Positions 1 to 10,627 of a DNA stretch of 30,581 nt are shown here, in pieces (position 1 is the stretch's first letter; every line of letters starts with the position of its first letter). The DNA lies in contig NW_021832503.1 in assembly GCF_006345805.1 (NCBI RefSeq), positions 1 to 30,581 on the forward strand, written 5' to 3'. The notes beneath the pieces were generated by a model. The model saw only the letters and a program-made list of their open reading frames with translations. It did no database searches and was not told where the DNA came from. The translations under genes were made by a program, and so were the position numbers. Source of the DNA: Octopus sinensis (taxonomy: Eukaryota).

Positions 1-84
1 AGAAAGAACATAACTTTTATTTTTTTTTGAATATTACGGATTTTCTAACTGAGTTACTTTAATATCTTGCCTGAGTAAGATGAA

Positions 85-840
85 TGTATGTATATACACA
101 CACATACATATATATATACATACATGGCTATATGCGTAGAAACACACACACACACATACATACATACATACATACATACATACATACACATACATACATA
201 ATACATACATACATACATACATTCATACATACATACATATATACATACATACATACACACATACATACATACATTCATACATACATTCATACATACATAC
301 ATACATACATACGTACATACATACATACACACATACATACAAACATACATACATACATTCATACATACATACACATACATATATATATACATACATGGCT
401 ATATGCGTAGAAATACACACACACACACATACATACACACATACATACATACATAATACACACACACATACATACACACATACATACATACATAATACAT
501 ACATACATACACATATACATACATACATACATACATACATGCATACATCATACATACATACATACATACAACATACACAACATACATACATACATGCATA
601 CATACATACATACATACATACATACATACATACATGCATACATACATACAACATACATACATACATACATACATACATACATACTACATACATCCATACA
701 TGCATACATGCATACATGAACATACATACACACACAAACACACAATTCGAAAAATTAAGTGTGAAAGTTTTTTCTGTAAAAGAATATATACACTCAAACA
801 ATTCTTCCGCGTTCTAACAAAATAGTCAACAATACACACA

Positions 841-878
<38 letters not shown>

Positions 879-935
879 AACACACACACACACACACATA
901 CATAGATGCATGTGCACACACATACACAAACATAC
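85..935. repeat. Compound (TACA)n/(CA)n microsatellite tract
   Basis: Near-continuous ACAT/CA repeats, with a unique interruption at about 745-830. It produces all the MYVC/HTYI ORFs here. Confidence 0.97.
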
Positions 936-1222
936 GCTGTTTGTAGATTAGGCAAAAAGTCATTGATTTCGATTGGTGAGGATTCAAGTTGATTCCATCG
1001 ATCGCAGTATTTGACTTAAATCCTTAAAAATGTTTTAGCCCGAAGGCCGCGGCCATGCTGGGGCACCACCGCTGGTAATTTATTTTATCGACTCCCGAAA
1101 GAACAGAGACAAAGTTGACCCTTGTTAAAGTTGGGATTCCGAAGGTCAAGAACTGGAGCAATTCTTGTAAGCTATGTTTTCCGATGTTCTACCGATTTTG
1201 TCATCTCGTCGTTCAGATGCAG

Positions 1223-1625
1223 GTCCTTGTTTGTCCCCTCTGTGTTTAGCCCCTTGTGGGTAGTAAAGAAATAGGTATTTCGTTTGCCATTACGTTCTGA
1301 GTTCAAATTCCGCCGAGGTCGACTTTGCCTTTCATCCTTTCGGGGTCGATAAATTAAGTACCAGTTACGTACTGGGGTCGATGTAATCGACTTAATACCT
1401 ATGTCTGTCCTTGTTTGTCCCCTCTGTGTTTAGTCCCTTGTGGGTAGTAAAGAAATAGGTATTTCGTCGTCTTTACGTTCTGAGTTCAAATTCCGCCGAG
1501 GTTGACTTTGCCTTTTATCCTTTCGGGGTCGATAAATTAAGTACCAGTTGCCTAGTGGGGTCGATCGTATCGACTGGCCCCCTCCCCCAAAATTTTGAGG
1601 CCTTGTCCCCAGAGTAGAAAAGAAT
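1223..1625 (+). mobile_element. SINE family A, headless tandem concatemer (184-bp period)
   Basis: GTCCTTGTTTGTCCCCTC recurs at 1223 and 1407. Each unit has the B-box GAGTTCAAATTCC and the core GACTTTGCCTTTCATCCTTTCGGGGTCGATAAATTAAGTACC. Matches the full copy at 26416-26646. Confidence 0.9.
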
Positions 1626-1957
1626 GTTAATTCTAAATTAAGAACTTTAAATTTTAGCACTCATAAATGTTGTAACAGGGGATTCAAACATCAATAAATC
1701 CTTGAACTGTGTGTGTATGTGTGTGTGTGTACTTTAGATTCTTTCCTTTGAGACTTTCGATAAGCATGTGTTTTCGATCAATTTGTTCTTTTTGAACGAA
1801 AATGACTTTCTACTAGTACGCGTTTCGGCGATTTTACTTTCGACCAAATATACTTTTGATGAACCTGAATGATGTGTTTTCGACGAATTTTCCTCAATGA
1901 ATATGTGAAGGGTAGATTGTTTCCACACACACACAAACGCACACACATATGTGTATG

Positions 1958-2112
1958 CGACGGGCTTCTTTCAGTTTCCATTTTTCAAATCCACTCGCAA
2001 GGCTTTGGTCGGTGCAAGTCTGCAGTTGCAGACACTTGTCCCAAGGTGCCACGCAGTAGGACTGAACCCGGAACCATGTGGTTGGGAAGCAAACTTCTTA
2101 CTACACAGCCAT
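1958..2112 (-). mobile_element. SINE family B, 5' half (tRNA-like head plus CORE-like GGCACCTTGGGCAAG)
   Basis: Reverse complement aligns by eye to copies at 6039-6202 and 12557-12961. Confidence 0.88.
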
Positions 2113-2124
2113 ACCTCGTTCTAT

Positions 2125-3170
2125 GCTGTTATTACGACACAAGGAGAGTTATTACAGCTGGTTCTATGCTGTTATTACTACATGTTGGGGATGGTTATTA
2201 CAACTCGTTTAATGCTCGTTCAGTGTTGTTATTGGGAGTTATTACAACATATTAGAAATAATCATTACATTATAAGGATCACTTGCATCATATTACAGAG
2301 AGTTATTGCATCACTATATGTATAGTTATTACAAATCATTACATGAAGTTATTACAGCGCATTATGAGGCATTATTACAACAGATCACAAGATGTTATTA
2401 CGTTATGATACCAGGAGTTATTGGAGCAACACATGAGAAATTATTAAAGTATATTACAAGAGATCATTACATCTCATTACCAGGAGTTATTACAGCACAT
2501 TGCAAGAAGTTATTACAGAATATTAAAAGTCATTACAGCACATTATCGAATGTTATTCCAAGACATTATAAAGAGTTATTACAGACCATTGTATTGGAAT
2601 TATTACAGAACATCACATGAGATTATTACAGTATATTATGTGAAATGGTTACAGAACAATACAAGGAGTTATTACAGAAGATCATATGAAGCTTTACATC
2701 ACATGAAGTTATTACATATCACTTAGGAAGGAAGCACTCCGTCGGTTACGACGACGAGGGTTCCGGTTGATCCGATCAACGGAACAGCCTGCTCGTGAAA
2801 TTAACGTGTAAGTGGCTGAGCACTCCACAGACACGTGTACCCTTAACGTAGTTCTCGGGGATATTCAGCGTGACACAGAGAGTGACAAGGCCAGCCCTTT
2901 GAAATACAGGTACAACAGAAACAGGAAGTAAGAGTGAGAGAAAGTTGTGGTGAAAGAGCACAGCAGGTATTACCACCATCCCCTGCCGGAGCCTCGTGGA
3001 GCTTTTAGGTGTTTTCGCTCAATAAACACTCACAACGCCCGGTCTGGGAATCGAAACCGCGAGTCCGCTGCCCTAACCACTGGGCCATTGCGCCTCCACT
3101 ATTACATATCACTACCAGAATCATTACGGTACATTACGGTACATCGTGTCATTACGGTAGATTATGATAC
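2125..3170. repeat. Degenerate ~23-bp minisatellite (approx. AGGAGTTATTACAGCACATTACA), interrupted by a SINE
   Basis: Periodic GTTATTACA motif from about 2125 to 2723, resuming after 3100. Confidence 0.85.
2724..3099 (-). mobile_element. SINE, head C + tail 1, near full length
   Basis: A-box TGGCCCAGTGG and B-box GGTTTCGATTCCC on the minus strand. 14-bp TSD TATTACATATCACT at 2710-2723 and 3100-3113. Confidence 0.95.
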
Positions 3171-3305
3171 AATATACGAAACAAAGCTAAATAGAAAAAA
3201 AACATTAGATCACAATACCTCTACCTTATGAGGAATCCCACAAAAATGTAGTGTATTATTAGTATAAGTAGTATTAATGGTAGAATACAAACCAATATTC
3301 AACTC

Positions 3306-3461
3306 GTAGCTTACTCACCAACCACATGGTTCCGGGTTCAGTCCCCAAGTGTTTTCTACTATAGCCACGGGCCGACCAAAGCCTTGTGAGTAGATTTGGT
3401 AGACGGAAACTGAAAGAAGCTCGTCGTATATATGTATATATATATATATATATGTGTGTGT

Positions 3462-3505
<44 letters not shown>

Positions 3506-3620
3506 TGTTTGTACTTATCCCAACATCGCTTGACAACCGATGCTGGTGTGTTTACGTCCCCGTAACTTAGCGGTTCGGCAAAAGAGACCGATAGAATAAG
3601 TACTCGGCTTACAAAAAATA
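3306..3620 (+). mobile_element. SINE family B with internal (TA)/(GT) microsatellite, truncated
   Basis: Head (CACATGGTTCCGGGTTCAGTCCC) and 3' half (CGCTTGACAACCGATGCTGG...GATAGAATAAGTACT) match other B copies. Confidence 0.9.
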
Positions 3621-3762
3621 AATGTTTGCCTCTCAAACCCTCTTTCGTGAAATATGCTTTGGAAATAACGAAGAATTAATTATTGAAGCGATAACGATTT
3701 TGCTAGATACAATATACTTCGCGTAATTCGTTGCTGCACTCTAAAAGAACACGACAGCAATA

Positions 3763-4097
3763 TGTTTCTTTGTTGCCCACAAGGGGCTAAACATAGAGGG
3801 GACAAACAAGGACAACAAGGGATTAGTCGATTACATCGACCCCAGCGTACTGGTACTTATGTATCTGTTTCTTGTTGCCACACAAGGGGCTAACATAGAG
3901 GGGACAAACAAGGACAGACAAAGGGATTAAGTCGATTACATCGACCCCAGTGCGTAACTGGTACTTTATTTATCGACCCCGAAAGGATGAAAGGCAAAGT
4001 CAACCTTGGCGGAATTTGAACTCAGAACCTAACGACAGACGAAATACCGCTAAGCATTTCACCCGGCGTGCTAACGTTTCTGCCAGCTCGCCGCCTT
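3763..4097 (-). mobile_element. SINE family A, full length with duplicated 3' tail
   Basis: Head AAGGCGGCGAGCTGGCAG starts at 4097 and the tail is present twice. Flanking 20-bp direct repeat AAAAGAACWCGACRGCAATA at 3743-3762 and 4103-4122. Confidence 0.92.
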
Positions 4098-4439
4098 CAC
4101 GAAAAAGAACTCGACGGCAATAGCCGTTGTAATTTTATTCTGAGAATGAGCTCGAGAAAACTGCGAAAACCTTAATGGATTTTGTAATGTTATGATTCTA
4201 ACTCGTACAGATTTGTACCTTCAATATATGAGACTTGAAAGATAAGCTGCTCACATATAGTTCATAATTTCATTGTTCTCAACAGCTGTTTCAATGACAT
4301 AAAACATAATTAATTTCAAAATGAGCATAATTAAATTATGAACTATATGTGAAAATTATGCTTTTCCGTGTTATGTTCTATGTTGCTCTTAGCAACCGTT
4401 GTAACCGATTCTGTATATACACGCAAATATGTTCCCCCA

Positions 4440-5192
4440 TGAATGCACCAGAGAATCGTACACACAGTTTTGATGGTCAACTCCGACACCTGAAGTTCTT
4501 TGGCGAGAGCTTTCATTGGTTTTCCGGGATTATCACAGATAATGTCTTGAACTTTGTGGCTGGATTACAGTGTCCTTATATGTCCGAAAGTGGAGGCGCA
4601 ATGGCCCAGTGGTTAGGGCAGCGACTCGCGGTCATAGTCCGTTTCGATTCCCAGACCGGCGTTGTGAATGTTATTGAGCAAAACACTAAAAGTTCCACAG
4701 GCTCCGGCAGGGGATGTGGTGATCCCTGCTGTATTCTTTCACCACAACTTTCCTCTCACTCTTACTTCCTGTTTCTGTTGTACCTGTATTTGAAGGGGCC
4801 GGCCTGTCACCTCTGTGTCACGCTGAATATCCCGAGAACTACGTTGTGGGTACACGTGTCTGTGGAGTGCTCAGCCACTTACACGTTATTCACGAGCAGG
4901 CTGTTCCGTTGTGCTTCCATCCATATTGTCCGAAAGTTTAGGATCTTCCGTCCCTTTGATACAGTTGAAATATTCCCACCAGAGTCATCCAATTCCATCC
5001 GAATTTTTATGAGGAAAAGATCTCGCAACATTCAGAAAGCTGCCATTTTAACGAATGCTTGTCTTTTCATTTCTTGTTTTAGAAGTTTATCTGCCATGAA
5101 GGATTTGAAAGAAATTAAAAAAATCCTTTTAATTGGTTGGAAGAGAGGAATATACTGATTGTTAAGTCTTCTCAAATACCCCTGGCGCCCTG
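4440..5192 (-). pseudogene. Decayed Tc1/mariner (maT/DD37D-like) transposase N-terminus with probable left end
   Basis: Manual minus-strand translation across frameshifts gives EMKRQAF..LNVARSFLIKIRMELDDSGGNISTVSK and KVQDIICDNPGKPMKALAKELQVSELTIKTV (helix-turn-helix typical of maT-type transposases). TA-CAGGG terminus at 5194-5188. Split by the SINE at 4590-4926. Confidence 0.78.
4590..4926 (+). mobile_element. SINE, head C + tail 1, deletion-rich copy
   Basis: Matches 10243-10627. TSD TGTCCGAAA(G) at 4581 and 4927. Confidence 0.92.
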
Positions 5193-5199
5193 TAAAAAT

Positions 5200-5380
5200 T
5201 CGTTCGTTTATTGGCCACAAGGGCTAACAAAAATCAGATAAAACATAAAGGGACAAAACACAGGACGAAAGTTACAAAGGGTTTTGTCCGTTTGAAAAAA
5301 GGTCCGTGTACGTGGAAAACCCCATAAAAGCCACGGGAGCCTGGTCAAAGGGGGGGGGGTAGAGGGAGCAAAACGATTCG
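5200..5380 (-). mobile_element. Probable LINE 3' UTR remnant
   Basis: Minus strand ends ...GTCCTGTGTTTTGTCCCTTTATG...TTAGCCCTTGTGGCCAATAAACGAACGAA, with a polyA signal and short terminal repeat. No SINE core upstream. Confidence 0.55.
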
Positions 5381-5837
5381 TATTGTTGTATAATAGATGT
5401 TGACAGAAAGCATAGAATTTGGTGTGTGTAGCGCGCGCACGTGTGAGTACGTGTGCACGTGAGTGTATGTATGTGTGGAGAGGTAGAACGGTGCATACGA
5501 TGGTAGTCTAACCTTTAACACCCTAAATCGTCTCCGTCCTCTCTGTCTGTTCACATCTGGTTACACATCCACACAATATACGCTTTCACTTTTCGAAGCA
5601 GTTTTTTTTACTATTTTAGTCTCTTCATATTACTCTTCTGCTGCAAGCGTCAAGACAGTTCCTTGCGATCAGTCGAAATTATTGAATTCCTACAAAAAAC
5701 ATTCTAGCCTTCAACAGCTTCACTTTTGTTTAATAAAAGGTCAATCAGCCATTCTCCTATTTTTACTAACAATGTTGGAATCAAGTAGTTTCTGACACAG
5801 TTCTTTAATTAATTTGTTTTCATTGAAAGTCTTCACA

Positions 5838-5989
5838 GTGGCACTGTGGTAAGTAGCTTGCTTACCAACCAAATGACTCTGGGTTCAGTCCTACTGGGTG
5901 GTACCTTGGGCAAGTGTCTTCTACTATAGCTTCGGGCCGACTAAAGCCTTGTGAGTGGATTTGGTAGACGGAAACTGAAAGAAGCCCGT

Positions 5990-5990
<1 letters not shown>
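5838..5990 (+). mobile_element. SINE family B 5' half
   Basis: Head through GAAAGAAGCCCGTC, followed by (TA)n. Confidence 0.92.
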
Positions 5991-6036
<46 letters not shown>

Positions 6037-6038
6037 TA

Positions 6039-6202
6039 TAGGCATAGGAGTAGCTGTGTGGTAAGTAGCTTGCTTACCAACCAAATGGCTCTGGGTTCAG
6101 TCCCACTGCGTGGCACCTTGGGCAAGTGTCTTCTACTATAGCCTCGGGCCGACCAAAGTCTTGTGAGTAGATTTGGTAGACGGAAACTGAAAGAAGCCCA
6201 TC
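6039..6202 (+). mobile_element. SINE family B 5' half
   Basis: TAGGCATAGGAGTAGCTGTGTGG...GAAAGAAGCCCATC. Confidence 0.93.
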
Positions 6203-6257
6203 GTATATATGTATATATATGTGTGTGTGTGTGGTGTGTATATACATACATATATAT

Positions 6258-6409
6258 GATGGGCTTCTTTCAGTTTCCGTTTACCAAATCCACTCACAAG
6301 GCTTTGGTCGGCCCGAGGTATAGTAGAAGACACTTGCCCAAGGTGCCACGCAGTGGAACTGAACCCGGAACCATGTGGTTGGTAAGCAAGCTACTTACCT
6401 CACAGCCAT
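6258..6409 (-). mobile_element. SINE family B 5' half, inverted relative to 6039-6202
   Basis: Near reverse complement of 6053-6202. Confidence 0.93.
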
Positions 6410-6655
6410 GTGTTAACATTCCTGATCAAATATGGCACCCTGTTTCAATTAATGCTTCTTCCTTCTTCCTGAGTTTCTCTTCAAATTTTCTTCCGTGATT
6501 CGAATCATCTAACGAACAATATGTTGTTCTTAAAATTACGTCGAATTACTTTAATTTAATACTATTAGTGTTTCTCAAAACTAGTATAAATGTGACAACC
6601 GAACAAAGGATGTGACAATTTTACTGTTATCTTCACCACGACCTCTTTCTTTTCC

Positions 6656-8262
6656 TATGTCTCTGATAGTAGTTGTAATGAGGAACAAAGTTGCGCAATT
6701 TTTTCCATGTCTTAGGGTACTTTTACATAAAACTCACACATGATTGGAGCTCTGCCATTCCTGCTTCTAATATTTTGAATGTTGGTTTCTAAAATGTGTT
6801 GGTCGATTGCCGTTTTGGCTTTGGCCATCTATTTTTCATTACCTTTTCAATTAATTTTCTTCTACCATCGTATTTGATGGTACTGTGACTGGTTGGTTGG
6901 TTTGTTGGTTGGTAATGTTAGCGTTTTTTTTTGTCTCTCTCCTGGCGTCTACCTTATTCCTGATAATATTAAGGTGATTCTTTTGGGCTTTTACGGAGCC
7001 AGTAAAATATTTTTAAAGATCTTCACCTCCTTCAATAATGACGATATCTGTATTTTGTTTATTGAAATTTCTGAATCTGCTACGTTTGTTGTCGGAAGTG
7101 TTTTGGTGTCAGACATGTGAGAAGATCTACGAAGCAGGTAACAGACGTCTGGCGTTCAAATTATATGATTTATCGTGGCAGCCATCTTGGTAATGTTATT
7201 TGTGCTGGCGTTGTGTTTTGACATTGCATAGTTCTGTGTCTGTAGCTGTTGCAGCCAGGTCAAATACTGTTTTATCTTATCCGCCATATTTATTTAAAAG
7301 AGCGTTTCGCGTCTTTGACAATTTGTATTACATCTGCATATTGTCTTTCAATGAAAGAACATGTCATACGTCGTATCTCCTCCAGGTGTGTGTCTTCACA
7401 CCAAACACTGCGACCTTTCTCTTTGCTGACAATATTTTGTGGAGCTTCGGGCTCCCCATATACCCATTTTTCTGCACTTTCTGTCTTTCATTTGTGGAGA
7501 ATAATTACCCCGTTAACTATATCTCTGATAGTAGTTGTAACGAAGAACAAAGTTGCCCAATTTTTTTCCATATGTTCGAGTACCTTTTACATAGAACTTA
7601 CAGATTATTGGAGCTCTGCTATTCATGCTTCTAATATTTTGAATGTTGGTTTCTAATTTGTGTTGGTCAATTGCGTTTTGACAGTTCCTAATTTGTTTTA
7701 TAAAATGGTTCTTCGCTTTGGCTTTGGCGATCTTTTTTCATTGCCTTTTCAATTAATTTTCTTCTACCGTCGTATTTGGTGGTACTGTGATTGTTTGGTT
7801 GGTTCGTTGATTAGTAATATTAGCTTTTTTTTGTTGGTCTCTCTCCTGGCGTCTACTTTATTCCAGACAATATTAACTTGATTCTTTTGGGCTTTTACGG
7901 AGCTTAGTGGTTAGGGGTATTCGGATCATGATCGTAAGGTCGTGAGTTCAATTCCCGGCGGCGCGTTGGGTCCTTGAGCAAGACACTTTATTTCGCGTTG
8001 CTCCAGTCCACTCAGCTGGCAAACACGAATTGTACCTGTATTTCAAAGGGCCAGCCTTGTCACACTTTGTGTCATGCTGAATCTCTCCGAGAACTACATT
8101 AAAGGTACACGTGTTTGTGGAGTGCTCAGCCACTTGCACGTTAATTTCACGAGCAAGCTGTTCCGCTGAACGTATCAGCTGGGACCCTCGTCGTCGCAAC
8201 CGACGGAGTGCTCCTAAAATATTTTTCACGCTCTTCACCTCCTTCAATAATGACGATATCTG
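6656..8262. repeat. Diverged ~400-bp direct repeat pair (6656-7050 and 7518-8262, the latter split by a SINE)
   Basis: Both copies begin TATRTCTCTGATAGTAGTTGTAA and end CTTCACCTCCTTCAATAATGACGATATCTG. Start-to-start offset is 862 bp. Confidence 0.9.
7904..8214 (+). mobile_element. SINE, head D + tail 1, slightly 5' truncated
   Basis: B-box GAGTTCAATTCCC, CORE-like GTCCTTGAGCAAGACACTT, then the TTGTACCTGTATTTCAAAGGGCC...CGACGGAGTGC tail seen in head-C copies. Confidence 0.9.
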
Positions 8263-8498
8263 GTAAATCCAGATATGGCTTGACCAAACACAACAATGAG
8301 TAAACTAGCCCTTTTTTTGGTTCGTATTGGTGTAATCGAATTTCGGGATCAATTCACCTCCAGACCGTCTGTTCATTTTTACGAAGATTATTCGGCTATA
8401 ATCCATGCTATGGGGATAAAAAAAAGAGGCGAACAGCTGCACCCCACACATGCAAATTTTGTTTCACCGTTTTTGCTGTTTTTTCTACATAAATTAGA

Positions 8499-8531
<33 letters not shown>

Positions 8532-8552
8532 TATAATAATAATAATAATGTA

Positions 8553-8617
8553 TCTTGAGGTCTCTGGGTGAGACTTGGAGCCAACTTGTACAAATGTAAA
8601 GCAAAAGTCAAACATAA

Positions 8618-8620
<3 letters not shown>
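8553..8620 (+). mobile_element. Extreme 3' tip of an R4/Dong-like LINE inside (AAT)n
   Basis: Near-identical to the reverse complement of 27377-27444. (AAT)n on both sides (8499-8549 and 8618-8708). Confidence 0.88.
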
Positions 8621-8667
<47 letters not shown>

Positions 8668-8855
8668 TAATAATAATAATAATAATAATGATGATGATGA
8701 TGATGATGAAATATAAGGGGTGTTCACTGGTAGTGAACAGCTGACATCGTAGTACATCTCCAGCATTAGAAGCTGTGCAAAGACAATAAAATAATGATAA
8801 TGATATATCATGTATGTGTGTGCGTGTATGTGCGTGTGTGTATGTGCGTGTGTGT

Positions 8856-8888
<33 letters not shown>

Positions 8889-9249
8889 AGTAACCTGCGT
8901 AGTAAATATATGAACAAGATAAATTCAACTATTTCTCCGTTTTCGGTCTTATTGGGTCCTCATCAGAAATAAGCAGTCATCTGTTCATATACGCATATGT
9001 GTGTTCATATGTGCGTGTGTGTATATGCACACACACACACACACACACACACATCTTTTCGGGAACTGGATTTTCAGACACGATCTCCCGCCTTTGACTT
9101 TTCTATCGAAAAGGGGTTTTCAACCCACTATTTACATGCTACTATTTATAGCTTTCTGTATGCTTCGAGATCCAGTTCCGAAAAAGAATTATATCACGTT
9201 CTATCGAAAATTTATCGATTCTTGTGACGTCAACTATTTATCTAAACCA

Positions 9250-9445
<196 letters not shown>

Positions 9446-9687
9446 TTAGCTAGTTAGCTATATGTTTGTCTGTCTAACAATCGATTTACCTGTACAGTAA
9501 TCCTTCGACTATCGTGGGATTAGGTGAAAATCCGCGAATTAGAAACAATACTGTAAATATTATTTTAATTATTTTCATAATTTGTATATATTTATTTTAT
9601 TATAAATGCAAAACACCACCACGGAGGAATCGACGTAAGCTTAAATGATAAACCGCGATAGGCGAACAACGATATGGGGAGGGAATA

Positions 9688-9853
<166 letters not shown>

Positions 9854-9856
9854 TAA

Positions 9857-10033
9857 GTAAAAACAAAAGACGAAGACAGGTGGTGTGGACAACATACAGA
9901 TGTATTAGTATAACGCTCGGGAAGTGAGAAAGTCTTTAACGTTTCGAGCCTACGCTCTTCCACAGAAAGGAACACAGAAAGAAACCAGGAGAGAAAATAA
10001 AGAATGTGTAGTGGCTAGCGATCTATCATGGCG
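9857..10033 (-). mobile_element. Dispersed repeat with hammerhead-like motif (probable Penelope-like terminal repeat)
   Basis: Homologous to 23432-23644 in the opposite orientation. Contains CTTTCTGTGGAAGAGCGTAGGCTCGAAACGTTAAAG and abuts (TA)n. Confidence 0.65.
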
Positions 10034-10242
10034 AATGTGTGTGAGAGAGACAAAGAAATGATTGTAAAATTTGGTAAATATTTATTTCCAGGTTACACGT
10101 TTCATTACAAGGGAGGAATCACAAAGGAAAAAAATGTGGAAAAAATGTATACAATCTGCCATTGGACGAAGATTCAATATTTAATACAAGTTTATACTTG
10201 AATTATTCTGTTTATTATTTAATTAAGTATTAACCAGGAGCA

Positions 10243-10627
10243 GTGGAGGCGCAATGGCCCAGTGGTTAGGGCAGTGGACTCGCGGTCATAGGATCGCGGT
10301 TTCGATTCCCAGATCGGGCGTTGTGGGTGTTTGTTGAGCGAAAACACCTAAAAGCTCCACGAGGCTCCGGCAGGGGATGGTGGTGATCCCTGCTGTACTC
10401 TTTCACCACAACTTTCTCTCACTCTTACTTCCTGTTTCTGTTGTACCTGTATTTCAAAGGGCCGGCCTTGTCACCCTCTGTGTCACGCTGAATATCCCCG
10501 AGAACTACGTTGAGGGTACACGTGTCTGTGGAGTGCTCAGCCACTTACACGTTAATTTCACGAGCAGGCTGTTCCGTTGATTCGGATCAACCGGAACCCT
10601 CGTCGTCGTAACCGACGGAGTGCTTCC
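10243..10627 (+). mobile_element. SINE, head C + tail 1, full length
   Basis: tRNA-like head with A and B boxes. Perfect 11-bp TSD AACCAGGAGCA at 10232-10242 and 10628-10638. Confidence 0.96.

Noticed and set aside
34-929. Many overlapping ORFs (MYVC.., HTYI..), and similar IYIY, LLLL and YLSI ORFs elsewhere
   Set aside because: They are translations of stop-free microsatellites.
4349-5158. Longest ORF (269 aa, plus strand)
   Set aside because: Chance read-through across a SINE and the antisense strand of a transposase relic.
10243-10320. tRNA-like sequence with A and B boxes
   Set aside because: It is the head of a TSD-flanked multi-copy SINE, and no complete acceptor stem is evident.
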